The position numbers were made by a program, and so were the translations under genes. Under the pieces are notes generated by a model. It saw only the letters and a list, made by a program, of their open reading frames with translations. It made no database searches and was not told the DNA's origin. A stretch of DNA of 64,000 nt. It comes from the human T2T-CHM13v2.0 reference genome, Homo sapiens. The stretch lies in the NCBI RefSeq assembly GCF_009914755.1, contig NC_060939.1. One strand, given 5' to 3'. Below, piece after piece: positions 33,548-52,700 of this stretch (position 1 is its first letter; each line of letters opens with the position of its first letter).

Positions 33548-35478
33548 GCTATATTTTTGGTTCCATATGAATTTTAGAATAGTTTTTTCTAATTCTGTGA
33601 AGAATGTCATTGGTAGTTTGATAGGAATAGCATTGAATCTGCAAATTGCTTTGGGCCATATGCCCATGTTAACAATACTGACTCTTCCTATCCATGAGCA
33701 TGGAACATTTTTGCATTTGTTTGTGTTATCTCTGGTATCTTTGAGTAGTGTTTTGTAATTCTCATCTGTAGAGATCTTTCACCTTCCTGTTTAGCTGGAT
33801 TCCCAGATTTTTTATTCTTTTTGTAGCTATTTTGAATGAGACTGAGTTCTTGATTTGGGTCTCAGCTTTGATGTTGTTGCTGTGTAGAAACGCTACTGAT
33901 TTTTCTACATTCATTTTGTGTCCTGAAACTTCACTGAAGTTGTTTATCAGATCTAGGAGCTCTGGAGCAGACCCTTTTAGGTTTTCCAGGTATAGAATTA
34001 TATAATCTGCAAAGGGAGATGGTTTCACTTTTTTCATGCTATTTGGATGCCTCTGATTCTTTCTCTTGCCTGACTGCTCTGGCTAGGCCTTCCAGTACTA
34101 TGTTGAATAGGAGTGGTGAGAGTGGGAATCCTTGTCTCGTTCCAGTTCTCAAGGGGAATGCTTCTAGCTTTTGCCCCTCCACTATGATGTTGGCTGTGGG
34201 GTTGTCATAGATGGCTCTTCTTATTTTGAGCTATGTTCCTTCAATTCTTAGTTTGTTGAGGGTTTTTAACATGAAAGGATGTTCCTTTCATCTTCGAAAT
34301 TGCTGTCCTTTGGATGAGGCTTTTTGTTTTTATATTCTTTGATGCCCTTGAGGGTTTGACTGCAGTATACACTGCACGTTCAGTGAACTGGCTCTGCTTC
34401 TGGATGATTTCAGCAGCGCTGGACTGCATGCCCTGGGGGACTGAGACCAGGCCCATGGCTTTGCTCTTAGGCACCTCAAAGTTAAGCACTTGCTGCGCTG
34501 GAGTGGCTAAGGTGTTCCTGGTCCACTGGCAACAACACTTCAATGGCGGGCGCTGGCAAAATCACTTCATCAACATGGTGGTATCAGGTCCAAGTGCACA
34601 GGCTAGCAGTCACAGGTTCCACATGCACGCAGTTGCAGCTGGCAGAGTGTGAACAGTATTCGCACACTGGTGATGGCAGGGCAATGGCAACGGAGTCCAT
34701 ACCTGCACCGGTGCCAGTAGCAGCATGGTGGCAAAGTCCATGCAGCTGCCAGAAAGTGGTGGGGAGAGGCTGTGGGTAGTTGCACGCCAGCAGGGGCCCA
34801 TCCACAGAAGCTCTCCGATGGTCAGGCAGGGTCTCCTGGGGTAGGAGCTACGGTGGCAGCCACCTGGAAGCACCTCGTTTGGGCATCCAAGTCCGCACTG
34901 CAAGAAGGCATGGCCAGGCAAGGACCCTGAGAGATGCCATCAGACCAGAGTGCTCGGATTACACTGGCCCTGTCCCACTGTCAAGACAGCCCTGCTGTGT
35001 GCAGGTCTGACGGACAATAATGGCCAAAGCCACCTAGAGGAACACAGTGAGACTTGAGGGTTGAGCATCTCTGGCTGCCCTCCACAGCAGCTGTTCCTGT
35101 GTCAAACCCTCTGGACTCTTCACAAGCTGGACTCCAGTCCCTGCCACCTCTCCAAGCAATTCTCCCTGACAGCTCAAATGTCCGTGGGGGTCATGGGGTC
35201 TCCTGCAGCTAGGATTCCAGAGGTCCGTGGTGAGAGTGGACCACTCCTTGCTTAGTTAGCCACCTCTTCCTCAGGAGAGAGTCCTGGTGCTCTACAAAGC
35301 CAGGCAACATTCCCTGCTTTCTCTTGCAGCTTCAGCCCAGGGTGTGCCTTCCCTTCCTCTACTCTCAATGCCTTCCTTAGGAAGATCTGCTCAGAGTGTG
35401 CCAGCCTTCTTGATGGTCTGGTCTCTCAGTGGGAGATGCTCTTCCTGGCTGCATCTAGTCAGCCATCTTGGCTCTTCC
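33548..35478 (-). mobile_element. Older primate L1 (L1PB-like): 5'UTR fused directly to an ORF2 RT segment
   Basis: 5' motif agccaagatggctgactagatgcagccagg on minus at about 35475. RT-like peptide ([11 protein letters not shown]) at 33762-34037. Junction at about 34280. Confidence 0.85.
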
Positions 35479-36561
35479 TGTTTCCCCTTCTTTTAACAAG
35501 TCATTAAATAAAATACTATTCAACTACAGACATGTTCCTGATGCTACACAGGAGGGCACTGACATAAAGCTAAGAAGAATAACTACAGCTTCACATAAAC
35601 AATAGGGATCACTTTCACAAGCTTAAGCATGAATGTATGAAGTCAGGCAGAAAAGAATACATACTGTATGATAACATTTGTATGAAATTTAAGAACAGGC
35701 AACACTAAATAATGATACAAAAATTCACAGTAGTTAACTTTTGGGGACATAAGTAGGAGGGGGCATAAGAGGAGCCCAAAGGGTACAACAAATGATCTAT
35801 ATTATGATCTGGGTGGTTTTATATCAGTTTATACATATGTAAAAATTCATCAGCTATATACTTGAGATTTATGCTCTTGACTAATGAATGCCATACCTAA
35901 AAAAAAAAAAAAAGTTCAATATACACATGCACCTACATAAAGGTACCTGCCCTCAAAGAACCCACAATAACTTTTCCTGGACAGCTTGAGTTGCTTAACA
36001 AATATGAATTTCTTATTCTTGAGTAGTTTTAAAAATTTACTATAATAAATAGGACAATAAATTCATAGATTAGCTATATCATCCAAGTTTCAAAAAGAGT
36101 TAAATGAAAAATATTCATATACATATTTATACAAATCTAAATTCCATGTTGACAATAATTATGTGTGAAGAAATAATGAATTTCCAAAAGCTTCTAAATG
36201 GTATACTGATCCAAAATTATCCTCTTAAGTGAAATTTATGTGGTTAACTGTTTTCCAAGAATGTGGCATGTCATTGAGTGATTATTTTCCTGCATTAGTA
36301 AAATATCAATATACCATAACATTTCCTTACACTGAAATTATGTAAATAACAGCATTAAATTCTTTTTTCTATCTTTCTTGTTAAATTAATATATACACTA
36401 AAATAATGACACATTTGTACACTATATTGTAGTAGCTATTAAGTGCTAAATATAGTTTTAAATAATCATAGAAATAAATACAAACACGGAATTCTTTATA
36501 ATAAAACAGCACATATTGGGTACTCAATAAACAATTGTAAATGAACAAAAATAAAGTTTAC

Positions 36562-36669
36562 CACTTCTTCATCCGACAGTTCACGCCCCTGGATGCTGGT
36601 ATTCTCTCTCACGGCTTGCTGGTGTTTTCTCCCTTTAACATGGCTAAAAAGATATACCTCTGAAGAGAT
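36562..36669 (-). CDS. SCAPER: SCAPER internal coding exon, 108 nt (ISSEVYLFSHVKGRKHQQAVRENTSIQGRELSDEEV)
   Basis: Acceptor TGCTTTCAG|ATC, donor GTG|GTAAAC. Lies within track ORF 36496..36687 and contains the HxxxxxH half of the zinc finger. Confidence 0.96.
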
Positions 36670-36779
36670 CTGAAAGCACAAAATCAAAGCAATGTAATCA
36701 ATATAACATTATATGAATTTTAAACACTACACATTCAGTCCAGTATATGATATGTGAGTTGAGATCCACCTAGTATTTA

Positions 36780-37007
<228 letters not shown>

Positions 37008-37253
37008 CTAAGAGGAAATTATTTCCTCTAAGTTTGAAGGTTCAAGTCTCAGCAGTGAAAATGTTGCTTTTTTTTTAGATCTAATACCCCAAAAATACTG
37101 ACTTGGGCTATCACATTAAGCAGGTAATCATCCATTTTAATAGTAACTATATTCTTGAGCACTTTTACTGCTATTCCAAAATGCTGATGTTATTTGTACC
37201 ACTTTTCATTCAGAATCATGAAAGAAATCCAGGTCACTCAGCAGATGCCTTAG

Positions 37254-37553
<300 letters not shown>

Positions 37554-37654
37554 TGCCTTAGCGTGAGTTTTAAAAGACTGCAAGAATATATTTCCATGGT
37601 TTCATAAACTTTAGTAGTAAACTATATCATTACAATATTGATATAACAACCTAC

Positions 37655-37807
37655 CAGGACATTGCAGAGAGAACACTGCTTCTTTCTTTCATAAGGGGTC
37701 AGTTTGGGGGCATAATCAGTATTTGCATGTCGCCCACTGCTTAGCTCAGCAGCTTTTTCTTTTCTTTGTTCAATCTGTTCCATGTGCCTTCGAATACTTT
37801 CATCATG
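37655..37807 (-). CDS. SCAPER: SCAPER internal coding exon, 153 nt (HDESIRRHMEQIEQRKEKAAELSSGRHANTDYAPKLTPYERKKQCSLCNVL)
   Basis: Acceptor CTACAG|CAT, donor CTG|GTAGGT. Phase 0-0, open frame, contains the CxxC half of the zinc finger. Confidence 0.96.
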
Positions 37808-38399
37808 CTGTAGATGAAGTCAAAGTGCAAGAATTTCAAAAATTATTCAAATTATGGTGAGAAATTGGAAAAATAATATTTCCATTAAAACTTCAAAAAT
37901 AATAGAATGTCGTTTCTATGACAACTTACACACTGAAGACAAAGCTTTACACAAAGCCCTTTAATATCACCCACATGAACAGTAATGTTTATTAAAGTGT
38001 GCTCCAGGAGATATTAACAAGTGTTTTACAGAACAGGTTCCATGGTCAAATAAATTTGGAAAACAGCAAGCTAAAACTAAACAGGTTTTTAATGTAGAAC
38101 TTTACAGAACCTCCAGTACGTCACTGTGATATATGACTCAATGCACCTAGCTTTTAGTAGGCATCAACTTACAAATTATTTGCCAATAACACATTTTTGA
38201 GAACCACTTCCTGGAACCCACCATGGGAAATGTTAACCTACGGGTAAAGCATATGCTTATCCATACAGCAGGCAAGGCCCATCATGACCAAACCTATAAC
38301 CTACTCCATTTTTATACCTCCAGTGACAATCCTGGGGGAAAAAACGCTATTTCAGACCTTTGTCCTTATACTCATCTATTTGATATGGCTAGAATGGCA

Positions 38400-38680
38400 T
38401 CGCACCTACCTATCCATTTTACTCATCCTCCTTTCAAGATCCAGCTCAGGAAGTGTTCTTTAAAATCACTTCCTGACCTCTGACACTCCTCATATTAGAC
38501 TAAGTGTCCTCTTCTGTGCTTCCACAGCATTTCATGTATGCCTCTCTTTATGTGGAGGTTATGTACTTAGCATCTGAATTTAAAGTAAATGAAGAGTTTC
38601 TTAAAAATCAGAACCATGCCTTATCTCTGCATTCCCCTGCCTACCACAAGGCTCAATAAATACCTGCTACAATAAATTTA
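38400..38680 (+). mobile_element. L2 3' fragment
   Basis: ctcatcctcctttcaagatccagctc..gctcaataaatacctgc. Confidence 0.55.
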
Positions 38681-39018
38681 AACGCATGATAAATTTCTAG
38701 GACTATACAAATAGTAAAATACAGTCTTCTACCTTAGGGGTTTTACTATCTCTGTGAGGAGCCAGCATGTAAATAACTGTGATATAATATGAAACATTCA
38801 TACTGTTAGAGACTGCCTATGGTTGTAGTAATGCTAAAAATTTTCTAGAAAGTATCAGTTTATCATAATCTCCCAAGCTATAATTATACAATTCATAAGC
38901 ACTGAAATCAAGTGAAGCAAATTATAAGAAACATCTTTTACTTTACTTTTGAGTGATTAAAACCTATGAATATAAGAAGCCTACCTCTAATGCCTTCAAG
39001 TCATTAGTAAATTGCTTA

Positions 39019-40474
<1,456 letters not shown>

Positions 40475-40707
40475 AAAAACAGGAAATGTTAAACTTCCTT
40501 AAATTTTTTTTCCTCAATGGCCCTACCATATCAAAGTAAACTTAGTTTCCAGGTACTAAGTTAGAAATGATTGTAGCAAAATCATATAAGCTTTGTTGTG
40601 CAAAGATTAAGAATACAAATTAATTCAATTTTTTTCCTACAAAATTTTGATCTCATGCTCCACTGTAAGCTCTAAAATTTCAAATTAAAAATATATAATA
40701 TCCTTAC

Positions 40708-40789
40708 CTTGAGCTGAATTTTTTTCTGTAACTCTTCCATAGCTTCTTGTTGAGCAGCTGTGAGTGCTGCCAATCGTTCTTCCCTGTCT
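40708..40789 (-). CDS. SCAPER: SCAPER internal coding exon, 82 nt (R-DREERLAALTAAQQEAMEELQKKIQLK)
   Basis: Acceptor TCTTCTTACAG|A, donor AAG|GTAAGG. 1+81 nt completes the split Arg codon and keeps the frame. Confidence 0.96.
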
Positions 40790-42829
40790 CTGTAAGAAGA
40801 CAGTAAAAATTATAAACTCAACTGCTTAAAGTAACAAATCTCATGAGACTCAAAAATACAATTAGGACACATAGGGTCATATAGTCTAAAGGGCTACTTT
40901 TTTAAAATATTCTTCTTAAAGTGCCTACTAAGTCTCAGGTATATTGCTAATTAAATATTTGGGAAACAATAGAGATTATCAGTTATGAAATGGGTTTCTG
41001 GACCCAGGCATGGCTTTAAATATTAGCTCAAAGACTGTCATTTAAATATGGCATGTTGAAAACTATATTTATCTCTATTCCCTTCCAAAAACTCAATTAA
41101 ACCATTAAAAGGAATAGAAAAGGCATAAACTCAAAAAGACAAAGTAGAAGAGGAAATAATCACAAAAAATGGACATCAATATTTCAAAAGCTGAGAAGCA
41201 ATCCTGAGAAAGCTGAAATCTAAGCTTTCAGAAGGAAACTAATAAGCAAGGTGATTCTACTAGCAAAATTCCATAGAAGCTCAGAAATTGAAGAAACTAT
41301 AAACTTATGAAGGAAGAGATAAAGGTTGAGGATAAAAATCAGCAGACTGGGAAGGCCTTAAAATACAGCAGATCTCCAAATCTTCCCATGCCGGCAGAAG
41401 GTGAAGAGATTACTCCCTAGAGGGTCTGAACAAAAAGACCTGCATTCAGGACAGAAGGCAAATTGGAGGTGAGATAATATACTGAAAACAGGAAGTTTAA
41501 GTGAAAATCTACATACAGAAATGGTGAGACAAGTAGCATCTTTCTACTTTTTAACTCACACAGCATGCATAGCCAGCTTTACATACCACTCCCCTCATGT
41601 ATCCCAGAATTTAAAGTACAATAAATTAAAATAAATAAATAAATAAAAAGAAACAAACTGTTGATACACACATACACACACACACAAAGAAATGTATAAA
41701 TATATTTTCTCTTTTATTCGCCTAGTTCTCTTAAACATATACAACTGTATAAAGAAATAATTATAAGACTATTGTTTCATTTATGACATATATATGTAAG
41801 ATATGTGAAAACAGTAACACAAGGGGAAGAGGACATAGAACTTTGGTACAAAGTTGTTCCATTTTAACAAAATTAATTTAGTTTTATCCTGAAGTAGAAT
41901 ATAGTAAGTCGATGAATACTATAATCCAAAAAGCAACTATTAAAGTAACTAAAATAATTTTTTAAAAAACAATGAAAATAATACAACAAAAAGTGGTGGT
42001 TTAATAAGAACAAAAGGTAAAGGAGAACAAAAAAGACTTGAGACATAGAAAACAAATATCAAAATGGCGGACATAAATTCAGTCATACCAATAATTACAT
42101 CAAATGAGAATCGACTAAACATTCCAATCAAAAGGCAGAAATGAGCAAACCAGATAGAAAAGCAAAACCCAACTATATACAGCCTACAAGAGACAGATCT
42201 GAGACACAAAAACACAAAAAGGATGAAAATATAAGAACAGAAGACATACCATGTGAATAGTAGATATGGCTATATTTACAACAGAGACAATTTGACATTA
42301 ATACAAGAAATATTTTTTAAAAATTAAAGAGGAATATTTTATAATGAATCAATACCTCAGTAAGGCAAAACAATTATAAATTACATGAAACTAGCAGTAC
42401 ACCAAAATACATGAAGCCAAAATGTCAAAACTAAACAAGAAATACACAGTTCAACTTATATTTGGAGATTTTGATAATTTTGTCTCAAGAATTTACAGAA
42501 CTACAGAGAAAATCAGCAGTATACAGAAGACCAGACAACAATATCAATTACCTTTACCTAACTGACATTTAGAGAACACTCCATCCAACAACAGCAGAAT
42601 GCACATACTTTCGAAGAGCACAAAGAACATTCACTAGTAATGTCCACATCATAAATTATAGCTCAATAAATGTAAAAGCAATAAAATCATACAAAGTACA
42701 TTCTTCAACCACAAACGACTGCATTATAGATCAACAATAGGAAGAAATTTGTGATATCCCCAAATATTTGGAAACTAAGTAACATGCTTCTAAATAGCCC
42801 ATGAACCAAATAAGAACTATTACAAAATA

Positions 42830-43151
42830 TAGTTGTCGCTCAGTATCCAAGGGGGATTGGTTCTAGGACACCCCCCCACCATACCAAAATCTGAGGATGT
42901 TCAAATCCCTTATAAAAAAATGGCATAGTATTTGCACAAAAGCTATGAACATTCTCCCATATATTTTAAATCATCCCTAGATTACTTATAATACCTAATA
43001 CAATATGAATGTTATACAAGTAGTTGTTATACTGTACTTTTGGTATTTGTATTATTCTTATCACTGTTTTGGGGTTGTCTTCCCGAATATTTTTGACCCA
43101 TGGTTGACTGAATCTGCAGATGTGGAACCTCTGGATAGAAAGAGCCAAATG
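42830..43151. mobile_element. MER2 (TcMar-Tigger) DNA transposon
   Basis: cagtatcc..gggggattggttc..ataccaaaatc..gaatctgcagatgtggaacc, with TA flanks. Confidence 0.8.
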
Positions 43152-43533
43152 TATTTTGAATGGAAATAAAAATACAGTATATCAAAATTGATGAGAGGTG
43201 CTTAAAGATATGCTAAGAAAAAAAGTATACCTTTAAATATTTATATTAGAAATGCAGGGAGGGTGGGGCAGGAAAAAAAAAGAAAAAACAAAAAAGAAAA
43301 AAGATTAAATACATACATAAATGTAAAAATAGTTTCAAATCAATCAACTAAGCTTCAACCTCATAAAGAAAAGAAGGCAAAGCTAATCAAACCCAAAGTA
43401 AGCAGAAGGAAATAAATGATAAACATCAAAGCAAAAGTCAATGAAGCAAAAACCAGAAACACAACATAGAAATGCAATGAAACCAAAGGTTAGTTCTTTG
43501 GAAAGAGCGACAAAATACATAAACCTTTAGCTA

Positions 43534-44238
<705 letters not shown>

Positions 44239-45120
44239 AAGAACTTTATAACAAGTAGATCACTTAAGACGAAAAAGACAAATTCCTAGGAAGACATTAA
44301 TTATCAAAGCTGACTCCAGAAGATGTGAAAAATCTCAATAGACCAAAAACAAGGGGAAAAAAACTTAACTGGTAATTTGAAATATTCCCCCAAAGAAAAA
44401 CCCAAGCCTGATGGCTTTACTGGTAAATTCCCCCAAACATTTAGAAAGAAATAATACCTATCTTATGCAAATGATTTCTCAAATAGAGCAGGAAACATTC
44501 TGTAAGGCCAGAATTGCCATAACACAAAAGCCAGACAAAAACATCACAAGAAAACTACAGATAAATACCCCTCATGAACATGCCCTTGGCAAGAAGCCAC
44601 CAACAAATAAAAACTATTGTATATCATGACAAAGTGGGAATTAACCCAAGAATGCAAGGTTATCTTAATATCCAAAAATTAATGTAACATACCATATTAA
44701 TAAAGAGTAAAACCCACAGTCATCTTAATGGACCCACAAAAAGATGGATTTCACCAAATTCAAAGTCCATTCATGTTAAAGGCTCTCAACAAACTAGAAA
44801 CAGAAAGAAACTTCCTCAATCTATGAAGAGACTTTATCAAAAATCTACAGCAAGTATCACACATAGTAGTGAAAGATCGAACGCTTTCCCACTAAGATTG
44901 AGAACAAAACAAGGACACCCAACATCACAACTTCCATTGAACATTACATAGAAGGAGCAATCCAGTGCAAGAGGGCAAAAAGAAAACAAAGAAATTAAAG
45001 GCATCCACATTAGAAATAAAGAAGTAAAACAAACTTTATTCACAGATGCCATAAGCCTTTATGTATAAAAAGTACTAAAGAACCAAAATAATAATAATAA
45101 AAAACCTATCCAAACTAATA

Positions 45121-45217
45121 CAGACAGTCCCCAACTTATAATCGTTCAACTTATGGCTTTTTGAGTTTATGATGAGTTTATAAGGACTTAACTCCATCAT
45201 AAGTTGAGGAACATCTG
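45121..45217. mobile_element. Short MER47/Tigger5-like MITE
   Basis: Imperfect TIRs cagacagtccccaacttat / ataagttgaggaacatctg with TA on both sides. Confidence 0.75.
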
Positions 45218-46384
45218 TAAGAAAGTTTAACAAGGTCATTAAAAACAGAGTTGTAGAATGAAATAAATTAAAATCTACTGTATTTCTACATACTAGCAAG
45301 AAAAATCCAAAAATGAACCAAAGAAAACAATTCCATTTACAGCAGCTTTAAAGAGTACTTAGAAATAAATTTTAAAAAGAACTGCAAGACCTATACGCAA
45401 AAAACTACAAAACCTTGTTGTCAGAAATTAAAGGAGATCTAAACAGAGAGAAACATCATATTCATGGATTGTAATATAAAATATTGTAAAGATGTCAATC
45501 TCCCTAAACTGACCTATAGATTCAATGCACTTCCTATCAGAATCCTGCAGAAACTGATAAGCTGAACCTAAAATTTATATGGAAAGGCAACTTTGAAAAA
45601 GAACAAAGAAGTTGGAGTATTTATACTAATTTCAAAATATGCTATAAAACTACAGTAATTAAAACTGTAGTACTGTCACAAGAACAGACATATAGATATC
45701 AATATAACAGAATGGAGTCTAGAATATATCATTGCATCAATGATCAATTGATCTTTAACAGATGGTAAGGCAGTTCAGTGGGGAAAGGATAACCTTTTCA
45801 ATAAACAATGTTATAACTAGATATCTATATGCAAACAAATAAATTTACAAAAGTTAAAAAGAATTACAGAACTAAATGCTAAGTGCTAACTGAAACATTT
45901 CTTGAAGTAAACACAGAAGAAACTTTTTGTGGTTTCTTTTTGTGTTAGGCAACAATTTCTTAGATATGAAAACCATTGTATATAAAATGAAAATTTGATA
46001 TACTGGACATCATCAAAATTAAAAACTCACATTCTTCAAAGACACTATTTAAAATCTGAAAAGATAAGCCATAGATTGTAAGTCATACACTTCACAAAGA
46101 ATGTATATCCAGAACATATAAAGAATTCTTACAACTCATTAACAAAATGACCCAAATGAAAAATGAGCACAAGCTTTGACATTTCACCAGAGAAGACATA
46201 TGAACAGCTAATAAGCACACTGACAACATGTTCAACAGCACCAGTCATTAGAGAAATGAAAATTAAAATAATGAAATACGACCACACACCAACAAGAAAG
46301 AACTTGTATATTTAAAAAACTGATCCACCAAATGGTGTCAAGGGTTGTGAAGGAACTGAAACTCTCATGTGCTGCTGATGGCTA

Positions 46385-48614
<2,230 letters not shown>

Positions 48615-49325
48615 GAAAAAATAGTTTTAAGTTTCCTAAAAAGTTTGATATACATCTACTCTACAACCCAGCCATTCCTCTCCTAGTTATTTACTCAAGA
48701 GAAGCAAAAGTGAATGGCCACAAAAAGACTCATATGCAAACATCCATATCAGCTTTATCTGTAATAGCCAAAAAAACTGGAGATAATCCAAATGTCTCAA
48801 AGAGGTAAAAGGACTGTAATTTGCATGACATATACACAAATACTACTCAGCAATTTTTTTTTTAAAAGAGCAAGCCACAGATACACACAACATGGAGGAA
48901 TCTCAAAAAAATAGTGCAGAGTAAAAGATGACAGACAAGAGAGAAAGTAAATCAGTGGCTGTGTTGGGCTGAGGATAGAGAAAAGAGAAATGGATTACCA
49001 AGCAGCATGAAATATTTGGGCGGGGTGGTGATGGATATATTATCTTGATTGTGCAGATAGTTTCACAATGGTTACATATGTGAAAACTCATCAAATTGTA
49101 CACTTTAGTAAGTGCTCAGTTATACCACAATAAAGTTGTGAAAAAAAATTTAACTGTTAATTTCAATTTCAAGCAAGGTTGTGGAGCATCTGAATACAGA
49201 AACCATTACATTACTAAACAATTTGGTGGTATCTACTTAAGTTGAATATTTGCATGCCCTGGGCCCCAGCAATTCCATTCCTAGGCATATACTAGACTAC
49301 AGTGTAAAAAATGTGATTACCATTC

Positions 49326-49339
49326 TAGTAGTAGTAGTG

Positions 49340-49370
<31 letters not shown>

Positions 49371-49385
49371 CAGTAGTAGTAGTAG
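49326..49385. repeat. (TAG)n microsatellite, about 20 units with 2 interruptions
   Basis: Read directly. Confidence 0.92.
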
Positions 49386-49789
49386 TGATTTGGAGGGACA
49401 TAAAAGGGGCTTTTGGGGAGCTGATGATGTTCTCTTTCTTGGCCAGGTAGTCACATGGGTGAGATGACAATTCATCAAGATGTACACTTAGATTTGTGTA
49501 TTTTTGTTTGTTATAATTCATAAAAAATGTTTACTGTTTTTAAAAATATATGGCTTACTCCTCAGGTTAAAAACCTTGAAAATTAGTTAACCACATCCAA
49601 CAATAATTTATATCGGTAAATTACGAAAATACATCAAATTGAAGTGGAGCTTATCCCAGAAATGCAAGCCTGATTTAACATTAGAAAAATCAATCAACTA
49701 ATTACCACATTAACGGATTAAAGGAGAAATTTTATAGAATTATTTCCATATTAAAAAAAACACATAAAAAGCACTTGAAAAACTCAACA

Positions 49790-52700
49790 TCCACCCAGCA
49801 GCATGACATCCCCCAGCTGAACTGCTGCTATACCCTACCACAAACGGCCAAGCTACTACAGAGGTGTTGAATTCTAGTTGTTAGCGCACCCTCCTCTTAA
49901 ACTGAACAGAAGTGGCATCCCACTCATTGGAGACCTCAGGCCTCTGGCACACAGAAACAGTTGATACCTCCCCCAGACCACATACACCCCCGCCAATACT
50001 ACTGGTGAGACAGCACCTCACACTTCCAGGAGCTCTGAGCCTCTGGCACACCAAAGTAATTGCACCCCCAGCACCACAGCTGATGCAGTACCCCCACCCC
50101 GGCCCAGGGATCCAAAGGCTCTACTGACCCAAGTAGCTATGCCTTCTGGGGCTGACCAGATATGGCAACTTGCCTTCCAGGGATTCAGAAGCTCGGCTGA
50201 GCTGTGAAACCCTGTGTTCTAGGCCAAAGAGACACAGTGCCCCATCTGCCTAGAACTGGACTAGTCCCCCTACATTTCAATCTGCTGAGGTACCCTACCT
50301 CTCCAAGGAGTGGTTATTGCTGCATTGTTCCCTACCCCACAGGGCCCAAGATACAGCTGTATCTTGCCATTCCTGGCTCCTTGTTGCCACTGGACCCAGC
50401 CTCATAGAGCCTGGGCTATTATACCAAGTCAGGGTCCCAAGTGACCACCACATGCTCCTCATCACCCACAGCCTGAGCTACCATGTTACCCAGTTGGTTC
50501 TGGATCCCAAATGGCAACTGTTCACTGCTCACCAGGGACTGAGTCTCCAGAGACCCCTTCTTCCCCAGAATCATGCCAGTGCCTCACCCTGCCCCCCAAG
50601 GTCAGAAGCATGCCTACATCCCAGCCCCCTGGGCCCAAGCTGCTAGGGTATGCCCCACAGAAACAAACACTGTGTAGTGGGAGAACTGAATCCACTCATG
50701 CCTTGGAAAGTGAACCTGTGCCTGAAGTCCCAGGTGCTACAGTAGTTTCACAAGACCCTAAGCCCAGAAACTTGGCTCCACAGCTGCTCTGAGCTCCTGT
50801 GCCCTAAAACCCAGTGCTGCTGTGGCTGCCTGTGAACAATGTCAGACCTGATACCAAAAGAGATCCCCTCAATGAAGATTCCCTACTTTAGGGAAGACAA
50901 GAACAGGAAGACCCCTACAACCTTTGCCCTAATAACCTCAGCAGCCAACATCACTGACACAGACTCCTACAGCCCAGACCACTAAGGCACTCACAGTCTT
51001 CACTGACACTGATCACAACTAAGAAGCTGCATGATAACTACACCATTGCACCCACACAGAAGCAGAGCCACTGTGTCCTACACCCAAGCGGTACCCTCAG
51101 GCCCATCTTCAAGTGAAAGTCATCCCCTTCCCACTCTGTAAAGTTGGAAAGATATGACTGCACTATCAGATGTACAAACATCATGGCAGGGTCACAAGAA
51201 ACATGAAAAAGCAAGGAAATATGAAACCACTAAAAGGAACACAATAACTCTCCAGTAACTGACCCCAAAGAAACAGAAATCTACAAATTTTCTAAAAAGG
51301 AATTCAAAATAATGAACAAAGGAAACTCAGTGAAACATAAGAGAATAAAAACAGACCATTCAATGAAATTAGAAAAATAAATCATGATCTGAATGAGAAA
51401 TTCAATAAAAGAGATATCATTTAAAAAATCTCAATAAAAATCTTAAGAGCTGAAGAATTCAATGAAATAAAAAATACCACAGAGGGTTCAACAGCAGACT
51501 AGATCAAGCAGAAGAAAGAACCTTGAAGGTTTCTGAAATGACTCAGAAGAGAAGAAAAAGAAAAAAGAATGAAGAGAGCCTATGGGACACCACTAAGCAA
51601 ACAAATATTCACATTGTAGGAATCCCAAAGGGGGAAGAAACAGAAAAGGTTTATATAAATAAAATAATTGGTAAAAACTTCCTAAATCTTGGGACTTAGG
51701 AAGAGAGAGAGATCTACATACAAGTCAATGAAGCTCAAAGATCTCAGATAAACTTTAGAAGGTTCTCTCCAAGGTACATTATAATCAAACTGGCAAAAGT
51801 GAAAAGACAATGAAATAGTTTTAAAAACAGCAAGAGAAAACTGTCTAGTCACATATAAGGGGATGTCCATCAGAGTATCATTGGACTTTTCTGCAGAAAC
51901 CTTACAAGCCTGGAGAATGGGATGACATATTCAAAATGATGAAAGGGAAAAAAAAAAAAAAAAACCTGCCGGCTAACAATACTATACCAAGGAAAACTAT
52001 CCTTCAGAAATGAAGGAGAAATAAAGTCTTCCCCAGACAAATAAAAGTTGAAGGAATTCACTGACACTAGACCTGTGTTACATGAAATGCTTCTTCGAGG
52101 AGAAAGAAAATTATAATAATTACCACCATGGATACACATAAAGTATAAGACTCACTGGTAGAGATAAATACTTAGTCAAATCAGAATACTTCGAAACTGT
52201 AAGTGTGGTATGTAAACCACACGTATCTCTATTATGAAGGCTAAAGTCAAAATAGTCAAAAACAACAAAAGTTACAATAAGTTTTTAAGGAATACATAAT
52301 ATAAAAAGATGAATATTTTGACATCAAAAACGTAACTTGTGGGATGGACAGTAAAAGTCTAGTTTTTGTATGTGCCAGAAATTGTTATCAACTTAAAACA
52401 GCTGATAACAACTTAACAGTTGTTAAGTGTAACAGTATAAGATGTTTGGATAAGCTCATAGTAACCACAAAACAAAAAACTATAGCAAATATACAAATAA
52501 TAAAGAGATCATTATTTAATGATAAAGGGGTCAGTTCATCAATGGGATGTAACAATTGTAAATATATATGCACCTAACATTGGAGCACTAAAACTATAAA
52601 GCAAATATTAATGGACATGAAGGGAGAAATAGATAGCAATATAATAATATAAGGGACTTCAATACCCCACTGTCAACAATAGATAAACTAGAGAGAAAAT

